A DNA stretch of 64,000 bases from an uncultured bacterium (lineage in GTDB: Bacteria; Planctomycetota; UBA1135; GCA-002686595), in contig CALSNU010000006.1 in NCBI GenBank assembly GCA_943787795.1, positions 512,001 through 576,000 on the forward strand, given 5' to 3'. Position 1 is the first letter of the stretch. Each line of letters begins with the position of its first letter. The translations under genes and the position numbers were made by a program. Under the pieces are notes generated by a model. It did not search any database. It worked only from the letters and a program-made list of their open reading frames with translations, and was not told the DNA's origin. Shown here in pieces: positions 46,286-55,321 of the stretch.

Positions 46286-47659
46286 ATGCCTGCCTCCGTC
46301 CCCCAGCCTCTCGCAGTCCTGACCCTCGCATCCCTTCTCGGCCCCCCCGCCATCGCCGTGCAGGGCAATCAGCCTGACCTCATCCCACAGGCCGAGCCGG
46401 ACACGGCGCCGTTGGCCAAGCCCCAGGAGGAGGACTATCCCGGCACGGAACTGCCGATGAACCTGAACCCAACCCCGGACCAGGCTCGGGCGCCCATCGG
46501 CCTCCTGCGAAGCCCGGGGATGCCCCGCATCTACTGGGGTCAGACCACCCGCTTCACCTCCGCGTTCAACCCCGCCTTCGGCATCGCCGTGGATGGCTCC
46601 TTTAACTGGGCCGACAACGGGTCAGACGAGGACGGCTTCGCCTTTGATCTGGGCGTCGCGGAGCTCACCGGCCAGGGCGCCATCTCACCGAACTGGTGGG
46701 GCAACTTCGCCCTCGAGACCGACTCAGAGGAGGTGGAGCTCACCGAAGCTGCGCTCTTCTACAGCGGACTCGCCGACCGAACCAGCATCAGGGCCGGGCG
46801 CTTCTTCCTGGACTTCGGCAAGCAGATGCAGATCCACGTCCACGACCTCTCGACGCCGCAGCGGCCCGCCGTCCTACGGGAGTACCTGGGGACGGAGGTC
46901 CCCGGCACCGGCTTCCAGTTCGACCACTGGGCCCCCATCGGTGAGACCACCGCCTTCCGCTTCTCAACCGCCGTCTTCGGCGACCAGGAATCCCACGGGC
47001 ACGGGTTCCTGTTTGACGACCATGACGAGAGCCACGGGCCCGAGGTGGAGCCTTTCGTCGACGACCGGCGAGACTTCTCCGAGCTCATCTTCACTGCGCG
47101 AGCGACGGCGATGACCGACGTGGGCGAAGAGAGCATGCTGCAGCTTGGCGCCTCCCTCCGCGCCGTCCCAGACTTCGGCTTCGAGGGCGGGACCAACGAC
47201 ACGGGAGACACCTTGAGCACCGACGGCCTCAACCAGTCGGTCTACGGTCTCGACCTCACCTACGGGTGGAACAGCGACGACGGGACCCGCTCGTGGACCT
47301 TCGGAGGCGAGTACCTCTACGCTGACGGAGATCTCAACGCCGAGGTCGTCGGCGACGGCACGCCCGGCGCTTCGCTCGACCTGCTGAGTGGGTCCGCACA
47401 GGGGTGGTTCGCCTTCGCCGAGCACGCCTGGGACCAACAGAACTCGGTCGGACTGATGGTCTCCTCCCTCGAGAAGCTCGAGGAGGCGCTGCCGCGTGAG
47501 ACCGAGTCCACCCTGTACTGGAGCCACTATCCCACCGAGTTCATGCGAGTCCGCGTCGCTGGGATCCACTTTGACCGAGAGGGGGCCGAGGACGGCCAGG
47601 CCCTGATGTTGCAACTCACCGGGTACATCGGCGCCCACGGCCACCCCTACAACTGGTAG
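46286..47659 (+). CDS. Putative outer-membrane beta-barrel protein associated with metal (Zn) uptake
   Basis: Signal peptide, FNPA, alternating beta-strand pattern, GRFFLDFGK..QIHVHD, His-rich loop, C-terminal GAHGHPYNW. Confidence 0.78.
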   Translation: MPASVPQPLAVLTLASLLGPPAIAVQGNQPDLIPQAEPDTAPLAKPQEEDYPGTELPMNLNPTPDQARAPIGLLRSPGMPRIYWGQTTRFTSAFNPAFGIAVDGSFNWADNGSDEDGFAFDLGVAELTGQGAISPNWWGNFALETDSEEVELTEAALFYSGLADRTSIRAGRFFLDFGKQMQIHVHDLSTPQRPAVLREYLGTEVPGTGFQFDHWAPIGETTAFRFSTAVFGDQESHGHGFLFDDHDESHGPEVEPFVDDRRDFSELIFTARATAMTDVGEESMLQLGASLRAVPDFGFEGGTNDTGDTLSTDGLNQSVYGLDLTYGWNSDDGTRSWTFGGEYLYADGDLNAEVVGDGTPGASLDLLSGSAQGWFAFAEHAWDQQNSVGLMVSSLEKLEEALPRETESTLYWSHYPTEFMRVRVAGIHFDREGAEDGQALMLQLTGYIGAHGHPYNW

Positions 47660-47670
47660 AACCCGCGCCC

Positions 47671-48627
47671 ATGCTCACCCGCCGCATCTTGCTGCTCGCG
47701 ACCCTCATCGGCGCCACCTCGCTGGTCTCGGGCGCCTCGGCATTGCCTGCCGATGGAGGAGACCCGCTCAATGTGGTCACCACCATCCCTGACCTCGCGG
47801 ACATCGTGCGTGAGGTCGGGGGCGATGAGGTCAAGGTGCGCTGTGTCGCCAAGGGCCGAGAGAACCTGCACAGCGTCCGCCTTCGCCCGTCGCACCTCGT
47901 CATGACCGCGCGCGCCGACCTGTTCGTCCAGGTCGGCCTCGCCCTGGAGCACGGCTGGGTCCCCGGCCTGCTCGAGAGCGCCCGGAACAGCAAGATCATG
48001 CGAGATGGCCCGCTCAACGTCGGCACGGGGTGGCCGAAGCTGGTGGAGATCCCCGTCACGCTCGACCGGCGCGCTGGCGTGGACATTCACCCGCTCGGCA
48101 ATCCGCACATCAACATGCACCCCGACTTCGGCTCCTTTGCGGGCCGAAAGATCCGGGACCGGCTGAAGGCGATGCGCCCGGAGCAGGCGGGCAAGTTCGA
48201 CAAGAATCTGGCCGCCTACGAGAAGCGTATCGCCGCCCACCGCAAGCGCTGGGATGAGGCCGCGAAGCTCCTCAAGGGGCGCAAGGTCGTCCAGTACCAC
48301 AAGGAGTTCAGCTACCTCTGCGGCGCCAACGGGATCCTGATGGTCGGCGCTCTCGAGCCTCAACCCGGCGTGCCGCCCACCCCAGGACACCTCGCCCAGA
48401 TCACGAAGGGGATGCGAGAGCTCGGCGTCACCGTCATCCTTCACGGCCCCTGGACACCTGGCCGGGTGGCCGAGGACGCGGCCAAGCGCGCAGGCGCGAA
48501 GGCCGTGGAGCTCCCGGTCATGACCCAGCGGGACGGCGGCACCTGGCTCGGCTTCATGGACCGCCTCCACGAAGGCCTCCTGGGCGCCTGGGATCTCGAG
48601 CTTGAAGAGCGTGAAGACCAAGACTGA
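47671..48627 (+). CDS. znuA: Metal ABC transporter substrate-binding protein (ZnuA/TroA family)
   Basis: VVTTIPDLADIVREVGG, NLH, HPLGNPH, YH, EPQPGVPPTPGH. Confidence 0.9.
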   Translation: MLTRRILLLATLIGATSLVSGASALPADGGDPLNVVTTIPDLADIVREVGGDEVKVRCVAKGRENLHSVRLRPSHLVMTARADLFVQVGLALEHGWVPGLLESARNSKIMRDGPLNVGTGWPKLVEIPVTLDRRAGVDIHPLGNPHINMHPDFGSFAGRKIRDRLKAMRPEQAGKFDKNLAAYEKRIAAHRKRWDEAAKLLKGRKVVQYHKEFSYLCGANGILMVGALEPQPGVPPTPGHLAQITKGMRELGVTVILHGPWTPGRVAEDAAKRAGAKAVELPVMTQRDGGTWLGFMDRLHEGLLGAWDLELEEREDQD

Positions 48628-49333
48628 GCCCCGCGCGGAGTCCGCTGTCCGGAAGACGGTGTTGGAGCTCTCGAATGTCGCCCTCGGTTACGGGAGCGAT
48701 CTGATCCTCACAGGGATCTCCCTGCGGGTCGAGGCCGGTGAGCGGATCGCGGTCCTCGGCCCGAACGGCGCAGGCAAGACAACGCTCCTGCGCGGTCTCG
48801 TCGGCCTCCTGCCGCCGCTGACCGGAGAGGTGATGGGTTCCTCGTCGCGGTTTGGCCTCGTCCCCCAGCGCGAGCGCCTCGACCCCATCTTCCCGATCAC
48901 CACCCGAGAGCTGGTGTTGCAGGGTGCCATCCGACGGCTCGGGGGCTGGAGGCGCAGCTTCTCGAGGGTCGATCGCGCGCGCGCCGAGCGCTTCCTGGAA
49001 GAGCTCCACCTCGGCCCCCATGCGGATCGGCCCCTGAACCACCTCTCTGGCGGCCAGCGCCAGCGAGCCCTCGTGGCCCGCGCCCTCATGTCCAACCCGG
49101 AGGTGCTCCTGCTCGATGAGCCCACGAGCGGGGTCGATCAGCAGTCCACCGAGGTCATCCTCGGTCAGGTGGATCGTGCGGCCCGCGAGGAGGGCATCGC
49201 CTCGCTCCTGGTCACCCACGACGAGCGGGGCTTGCAGGAGCGAGTCGATCGAATCTGGCGCGTTGACGCCAGAGGCGTCCGAGTCACGGCGGGGGGCGCG
49301 ATGGCGCCCCATGACCCCATGGGGTCCGCGTGA
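48611..49333 (+). CDS. znuC: Metal ABC transporter ATP-binding protein
   Basis: GPNGAGKTT, VPQ, LSGGQRQR, LLLDEPT, VTHD. Confidence 0.92.
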   Translation: MKTKTEPRAESAVRKTVLELSNVALGYGSDLILTGISLRVEAGERIAVLGPNGAGKTTLLRGLVGLLPPLTGEVMGSSSRFGLVPQRERLDPIFPITTRELVLQGAIRRLGGWRRSFSRVDRARAERFLEELHLGPHADRPLNHLSGGQRQRALVARALMSNPEVLLLDEPTSGVDQQSTEVILGQVDRAAREEGIASLLVTHDERGLQERVDRIWRVDARGVRVTAGGAMAPHDPMGSA

Positions 49334-50202
49334 GCTTCGCAGAAGCCTGGGAGTTCTTCCGGTGGTCGATCCTCGCCATCCTGGCCACTGGAATCGCAGC
49401 GCCGGTCCTTGGCGCCTTCCTGCTCCTGCGCCGCACGAGCTTCCACGGCCTGGCCCTCCCGCAGTTCGCGGCCGCGGGGATCGCGGTGGGATTCCTGCTG
49501 CTGCCCTGGTTCGTGAGCCTCGGCGCGTTTGGCGCCGCGCCGGTGGAGGACATCGCGGCTGACCCCCACGCGGCGCATGGCTACCACCTGATCTTCGCGG
49601 CGCTCGGTACCTTCCTCGGCCTCGCGGCCCTCGTCGCTCCGCAGGACCGGCTCGGGATGGAGAGCGCGCGCATGGCGGGAGCATTCGCCACGGCCAGCGC
49701 AGTGACCATCCTCTGCGCCAACGCCTCTCCCTTCGGAGAGATCTTCGTCAACGGCATTCTGACCGGCGAGTCCCTTGTCGTGGGACCCCGGGAGTTCGCC
49801 ACCCTGGCCCCGACCCTCGCGATCTCCGTCCTCCTCCTCTTCCTCCTCCGGCACGACCTCGTACTGGCCAGCCTGGACCGCGAGGCCGCGCTGGTTCAAA
49901 GAAGGCCGGTCCGCAGCCACGAGGCGGTCTTCGCCGCCCTGCTCGGCACCTCCATCGCTGTGGGGACGATGAGCGTGGGCCCGGTCATGCTCTTCGGCCT
50001 CCTCGTGCTGCCCCCTCTCGGCGCGCGGCGCCTCGCCAACAGCGTCCGTGGATTCTTCGTGCTCTCCGCCGTCGTTGGACTCGTGTCGACGGTCGCGGGT
50101 CTGTGCGCGTCCTTCTGGATCGACCTACCGCCGGCCCCGTGCGTCGTGGCCGCCGCCGCCATCGTCACGCTGCCCGGGGCGCTGTTCCCGCACAGGAGCT
50201 GA
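49330..50202 (+). CDS. znuB: Metal ABC transporter permease (ZnuB family)
   Basis: LGAFLLLRR, LLVLPPLGARR, DLPPAPC; GTGA overlap with the ATPase gene. Confidence 0.88.
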   Translation: MSFAEAWEFFRWSILAILATGIAAPVLGAFLLLRRTSFHGLALPQFAAAGIAVGFLLLPWFVSLGAFGAAPVEDIAADPHAAHGYHLIFAALGTFLGLAALVAPQDRLGMESARMAGAFATASAVTILCANASPFGEIFVNGILTGESLVVGPREFATLAPTLAISVLLLFLLRHDLVLASLDREAALVQRRPVRSHEAVFAALLGTSIAVGTMSVGPVMLFGLLVLPPLGARRLANSVRGFFVLSAVVGLVSTVAGLCASFWIDLPPAPCVVAAAAIVTLPGALFPHRS

Positions 50203-50703
50203 GACGCCTCAGGTCGGGCCCCGCTCCCCACCCGACGCAAGAAATGGCCCCTTGGGGCCGCAAGGGGATCGCGCGAGTCGCCATCGCCGCGCTCCATCTG
50301 ACGGGTGTTCCACTGGACAGCTCCGGGTGACCGACCGGCGCGCCACTCGTGCCGTGAGCGATGGAGCCCGGGCCAGGACACGGCCGCTCTCAAGGCCAGC
50401 AGCATCGCGGACCGTCGAGAGCGCGGGGGAATGTCCCGGAAGCGCCGCCCCGCCTTGATCGGGACCAGGGGGGCGGCAGTGTGGGAGCGGGTGCACCTCC
50501 GCTGCCCCATCACGGGGCACCGGGCGCCGCTCCCCCCTCACCGGTGGCCTCGACGAGGACGCCGTCTCGGCCGTCACGGAGCCATTGACGGCAGGTTTAC
50601 CTCGAAGGATGCGGCCGAGCGGGCAAATAGGCGTTCCAATCTTCAGGCAGAAGCCCAGACGCATCTGGCGCAGAACGACTCCCACCCCTGCTTCTCTAAA
50701 GCC

Positions 50704-52314
50704 ATGACTCTCCTTTCCACCCTCGCCCTGACCTCCGCCATCGCTGGCGGCGGCGGCGGCTTCAGCGGCGCGCTCGAGATCAACGAGATCCGCATCGATC
50801 AGCCCAGCTCCGACAACGACGAGTACTTCGAGTTGAAGGGTGACCCCTCGCTCGACCTGGCGAACGTCTACTACATCGTCATCGGAGACGGATCCGGCGG
50901 CTCCGGCGTGGTCGAGTCGGTGACCGACCTGACGGGCAGCACGGTGGCTAGCACCGGCTACTTCGTCGCCGCGGAGAGCAGCTTCAGCCTCGGGACCGCG
51001 GACCTCACGACCACCCTCGGCTTCGAGAACAGCGACAACGTCACGCACATGCTCGTCACTGCCTTCACCGGCACGCTCCAGGACGACCTCGACACCAACG
51101 ACGATGGTTTCCTCGACGTGCGGCCCTGGGACCAGGTGCTCGACGCCGTCGCGCTCGTGGAGACGCCGTTCTCCGGAGACAAGACCTACGAGATGATGTT
51201 CGGCGGCGCCAGCGTCGGCCCCGACGGGAACTTCGTCCCCGGCCACGCCTTCCAGTGCAACGCTGGCTGGCAGATCGGCAGCTTCAGCACGGGAACCACC
51301 GACACCCCCGGAGCCGCCAACTCACCCATGTGCCCTGCCCCGCGGATCAACGAGATCCGTATCGATCAGCCCAGCAGCGACACCGACGAGTACTTCGAGC
51401 TCCTCACCGAGCCCGGCGCTGACCTGTCCTCTCTGAGCTACATCGTCATCGGGGACGGCTCCGGCGGCTCGGGCGTCGTCGAGTCCATCACGGACCTCGC
51501 TGGCCTCTCCACGGGCGCCTCGGGCTTCTTCCTTGCTGCGGAGAGCTCGTTCACCTTCAGCGTGACTCCCGACCTCACGACCTCGCTCGGCTTCGAGAAC
51601 AGCGACAACGTCACCCACCTCCTGGTGCGGGACTTCACCGGCGTCCTCCAGGAGGACCTCGACACGGACGACGACGGGGTCCTGGACATCACGCCCTGGA
51701 GCGAGGTGGTCGACGCGGTCTCGCTCGTCGAGGAGATCGGCGGCGGTGACCAGTACTACGGCTCTGCGCTCGGCTTCGCGGACCTCGGCCCCAGCGGGGG
51801 CTTTGTCCCTGCCCAGGCCGTGCGATGCGGCGAGGGCTGGAGGATCGGGTCCTTCGGCCTCAACGGATTCGACTCCCCTGGCGCCCAGAACTTCCCTTGC
51901 ACCGGGGGCTCCTTTCGCTGCTACACCACCTCCTTCGACCCGACCAATCAGGGGATCCTCGCGGTCCTGGGGTCGGGTTCCCTGCAGCTGAACGACTCAG
52001 CGGTTTTCGCCTACGAGCTCCCCGTGGACTCGTTCGGCGTCATGATCGCCGGGAATATCGACACGCCGGCTGCCTCCCCGTTCGGCATATCGTGCATCGC
52101 CAGCTCGGCCACCCGCGTCGGCTACGGCTTCGCGACCGACGGCGAGCTCACCTTCCCCATCGACCTGGAGGACCTCGTCTATGCGCCGCTGGGTTCGGGG
52201 GGCAGCGGCTTCGCCCCCGGTGACGGCTTGGCCTTCCAGTACCTGTATCGCGACGCCTCGGCGCCCGCCGGCGCGAGGTACTCTGACGCGGTTGCGTTCA
52301 CGATCGGCCTCTGA
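50704..52314 (+). CDS. Exported protein with two tandem lamin-tail-like domains and a divergent copy of the shared C-terminal domain
   Basis: Two repeats INEIRIDQPSSDxDEYFEL...FENSDNVTH...DLDTxDDG...[TS]PGAxN; ends PGDGLAFQYLYRD...YSDAVAF. Confidence 0.82.
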   Translation: MTLLSTLALTSAIAGGGGGFSGALEINEIRIDQPSSDNDEYFELKGDPSLDLANVYYIVIGDGSGGSGVVESVTDLTGSTVASTGYFVAAESSFSLGTADLTTTLGFENSDNVTHMLVTAFTGTLQDDLDTNDDGFLDVRPWDQVLDAVALVETPFSGDKTYEMMFGGASVGPDGNFVPGHAFQCNAGWQIGSFSTGTTDTPGAANSPMCPAPRINEIRIDQPSSDTDEYFELLTEPGADLSSLSYIVIGDGSGGSGVVESITDLAGLSTGASGFFLAAESSFTFSVTPDLTTSLGFENSDNVTHLLVRDFTGVLQEDLDTDDDGVLDITPWSEVVDAVSLVEEIGGGDQYYGSALGFADLGPSGGFVPAQAVRCGEGWRIGSFGLNGFDSPGAQNFPCTGGSFRCYTTSFDPTNQGILAVLGSGSLQLNDSAVFAYELPVDSFGVMIAGNIDTPAASPFGISCIASSATRVGYGFATDGELTFPIDLEDLVYAPLGSGGSGFAPGDGLAFQYLYRDASAPAGARYSDAVAFTIGL

Positions 52315-52360
52315 GCTAGCGCCAGCGAGGCGGGCCAGCCCCGCTCTCACAGCGACCCCA

Positions 52361-52400
52361 GGGGGGGGCGCCGTGGCCTTTGCCGCGGCGCCCCCCCCTT
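52361..52400 (+). terminator. Strong GC hairpin downstream of 50704..52314
   Basis: G8CGCCGTGGC-CTTT-GCCGCGGCGC8, followed by only TT. Confidence 0.55.
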
Positions 52401-52417
52401 CGTATCCCGAGGGCTCT

Positions 52418-52481
52418 CCGTCCGCCACGAAGGCCGTCCGCCACGAAGGCCGTCCGCAACGAGGGCCGTCCGCAACGGAGC
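52418..52481. repeat. 16-bp tandem repeat CCGTCCGC[CA]ACGAAGG x4
   Basis: Read directly; units 3 and 4 are degenerate. Confidence 0.88.
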
Positions 52482-52720
52482 CGGCGAGGCCGCCCACCTG
52501 CCCCTTCGCTGCGGCGACCGAGACTGGGGGGGGAGCCAGCCCTCCCGCGCCGGGCCACTGACTCCGGACCCCGATTCCCTCTGTGCGCGCGGAACGTTGG
52601 GGTGCCCCATGGGTTGGACGAGGCAGTGCGCGCGAAGCGGCTGCGTCGATCATGGGTCGCAACGTCGCGCCTTATGATCCACGCTCTTCGCCACCCGCAT
52701 CGAGGCCCGTACCCGCCCGC

Positions 52721-53752
52721 ATGACCCTCTCCCACCTCGTCCTCGCCCTCGCGCCCCTGCTCGCCGCCCCCCTCCCTGTCTCCCAGGACCCTGTCCACGA
52801 CCCTGACCTTCAGGGGACCGACGCCGCGGGGACCCACAGCCGCACGATGGAGATCGGCGGCGCCGAACGCGGCTATCTCCTCCACGTTCCGGACGCCTAC
52901 GACTCACGAGGCCGCAAGGACCCCGTCCCCCTTGTGGTGATGCTCCATGGCCGCACCAGCAACGGAAAGCAGGCCGCCAGCGCCTACTACGGGTGGACCA
53001 AGCTCTCCAACCAGGAGGGCTTCGTGGTCGCCTTCCCCACGGCGCTCGGGAAACCGACGAGCTGGAAGGCTTCGTGGGCCGGCAAGCCCACGGACGACTC
53101 GCTCTTCCTTGCAGCCCTCATCGACGAGCTCGTCGGCGAGCTCGACGTCGACCCGAACCGGGTGTACATGACCGGGCACAGCAGCGGCGGCTTCATGAGC
53201 TACAGCTTCGCGGCCACCCACGGGGACAAGGTCGCCGCAATCGGCCCCGTGGCTGGCCTGTCCGTGGACCGGAGGCCGCCCTCCGCGCCCGTCTCCGTGA
53301 TCTCCTTCCACGGTATCGCGGACCGCGTCGTCCCCTACGGCAAGAACAGATGGCGCGCCGCCACAGCCATTGAGTCCGCAGAGCGGTTCGCCAAGCACGG
53401 CGACTGCAAGGCGATGGATCGCGAGGAGCTCCAGGGCGACCGGGTCCATCTGGATCGATGGGTCAACAAAAAGGAAGGGACCGAGGTCGTGCTCTACAGC
53501 ATCGAGGGCGGCGACCACGGGTGGCCCCGCGGCGGCCGGCGGTCCGTGCCAGCGACGAAGCTGATCTGGGAGTTCTTTGAGGCCCATCCCCGCCGCGAGG
53601 GCGCGGATCAGACGGAGCCTGAAGGTCCGGCCAAGGTTCCTGGCGAGTCGAGCACGTCGCCGGAGCGGAAGAGAGAGGCCGAGCGGGCCGGGCGCCTCGA
53701 CGGCCGCCGGGGCGAGCTACGAATCTTGAACAGTCCAGCGTTCCGCGGCTGA
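52721..53752 (+). CDS. Exported alpha/beta hydrolase, LpqC / PHB depolymerase family esterase
   Basis: RGYLLHVP, LVVMLHG, nucleophile GHSSGG, FHGIADRVVP, GGDHGWP. Confidence 0.88.
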   Translation: MTLSHLVLALAPLLAAPLPVSQDPVHDPDLQGTDAAGTHSRTMEIGGAERGYLLHVPDAYDSRGRKDPVPLVVMLHGRTSNGKQAASAYYGWTKLSNQEGFVVAFPTALGKPTSWKASWAGKPTDDSLFLAALIDELVGELDVDPNRVYMTGHSSGGFMSYSFAATHGDKVAAIGPVAGLSVDRRPPSAPVSVISFHGIADRVVPYGKNRWRAATAIESAERFAKHGDCKAMDREELQGDRVHLDRWVNKKEGTEVVLYSIEGGDHGWPRGGRRSVPATKLIWEFFEAHPRREGADQTEPEGPAKVPGESSTSPERKREAERAGRLDGRRGELRILNSPAFRG

Positions 53753-53906
53753 TCGCGGCCCGACCTCCATCTGGAGTTCTGCCGGAGGCTTTCGCTATCC
53801 TGTGCGGGTGATCATCGCCCTCACGACCCGACCCCGCTGAACGCGACGCTGGCCCGGAGTTTCCGGGCCCGCATGAACGCGGGGGCGCCCCCCGCGACGG
53901 CGCCCC

Positions 53907-54917
53907 ATGCATCGAAACTTCATCCTCGCCCTCGCGCTGGCCGTCGGCTGCGCTGGACCCGCAGAGCGGGAAGACTCCCCCCCCGGCGGCGGGTCCGCTG
54001 CCGAATCCCTGGCTGGCCGCAGACTCGCCCTTGAGCTCACGGTGACGGTCCCGGAGCTGGCGGAAGAGGGCCCCCTCCACGTGTTCGTCCCGCTCCCGCG
54101 CGAGGCCTCGGCGCAGCGTGTGGAGACCTTGACCGTGATCGCCCCCATCGAAGGCTCGATCCAGGCCGACGGCCTCGGGAACCGCTTCTGGCACGGCGAG
54201 AGCGCGGGGCCACGTGGGGAGTTCCAGATCCAGGTCAACGCGACCGTCGAGCGCCTGCCGCGTAGCAGCTCCCCCGTGGCCGGCGCCGCCCTCACCGAGG
54301 GCGACCGCGAGCGGCTCTCGCCCTGGCTCGCCTCCACGGACCGCGTCCCCCTCGGCGAGGCCACCGAAGAGGAGCTCCGGCCCATCCTCGATGAGCTCGG
54401 CCCGTCTCCTGCCGGGGCCGACGCCCGCGCCCGTCAGATCTACGAGTGGGTCGTGGACAACGTCGAGTACAGGAAGACGGGCACCGGCTGGGGGAACGGC
54501 GACATCTTCTGGGCCTGCAGCGAGCGCTACGGCAACTGCACCGACTTCCACACGCTGCTCCTCGCCCTCGCGCGCACCGAGGGCATCCCCGGCCGCTTCG
54601 AGATGGGCTTCCCGATCCCCATGGACCGCCCGTCCGGCTCGATCGGCGGCTACCACTGCTGGGTCGAGCTCTGGCTCCCCGGCGCAGGCTGGATTCCGCT
54701 CGACGCGTCGGAGGCCGCCAAGCACCCCGAGGACCGCGAGCTGCACTTCGGGGGCGAGGAGCCGGACCGCGTCCTGTTCACCCGCGGCCGCGACCTGCGC
54801 CTCGGAGACGACCACCAGGGCCCCGCCCTCAACTACTTCATCCACACCTTCGCCGAACTCGACGGTTCCAGACTCGACGGCGTCGAGCAGACCGTCCGCT
54901 ACGAGGAGATGCCATGA
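53907..54917 (+). CDS. Transglutaminase-like lipoprotein
   Basis: Lipobox AVGC; catalytic triad GNCTDFH / YHCWVE / WIPLD. Confidence 0.88.
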   Translation: MHRNFILALALAVGCAGPAEREDSPPGGGSAAESLAGRRLALELTVTVPELAEEGPLHVFVPLPREASAQRVETLTVIAPIEGSIQADGLGNRFWHGESAGPRGEFQIQVNATVERLPRSSSPVAGAALTEGDRERLSPWLASTDRVPLGEATEEELRPILDELGPSPAGADARARQIYEWVVDNVEYRKTGTGWGNGDIFWACSERYGNCTDFHTLLLALARTEGIPGRFEMGFPIPMDRPSGSIGGYHCWVELWLPGAGWIPLDASEAAKHPEDRELHFGGEEPDRVLFTRGRDLRLGDDHQGPALNYFIHTFAELDGSRLDGVEQTVRYEEMP

Positions 54918-55321
54918 GCAAGATGTTCGTTGACGTCCGACGCTGTATCGGATGCCACGCCTGTTCGGTCGCCTGCAAGACCGAGCACAGCGTGCCCCTG
55001 GGCACGTTCCGCACCAGGGTCCGCTGGCTCCCGGAGCCCGGCGATGGGCGCATGACCTTCCTGCCCGTGTTCGCGGAGACCTGCGACCTCGGCGCCAACC
55101 GCGCGGAGCACGGGCTGGAGCCGGCCTGCGTCATGTCTTGCCCGACCAAGGCGCTGGCCATCGTGGATGAAGCGCCCCCCGAGTCACGCCCCCTCGAGCG
55201 CAAGGGCGACACCCGCGACGGCGTCGTCTATCGCGGCCACGCTCGCTGGCAAGAGGACGCCATGAACGCCGGCGTCGCGCTCTCCCCCGAGGACCCCGAC
55301 CCCATCTACGAGCAATGGTAA
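54914..55321 (+). CDS. Short DmsB/PsrB-like ferredoxin subunit (135 aa, 7 Cys)
   Basis: RRCIGCHACSVACK and TCDLG...PACVMSCPTKAL; ATGA overlap upstream. Confidence 0.85.
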   Translation: MSKMFVDVRRCIGCHACSVACKTEHSVPLGTFRTRVRWLPEPGDGRMTFLPVFAETCDLGANRAEHGLEPACVMSCPTKALAIVDEAPPESRPLERKGDTRDGVVYRGHARWQEDAMNAGVALSPEDPDPIYEQW

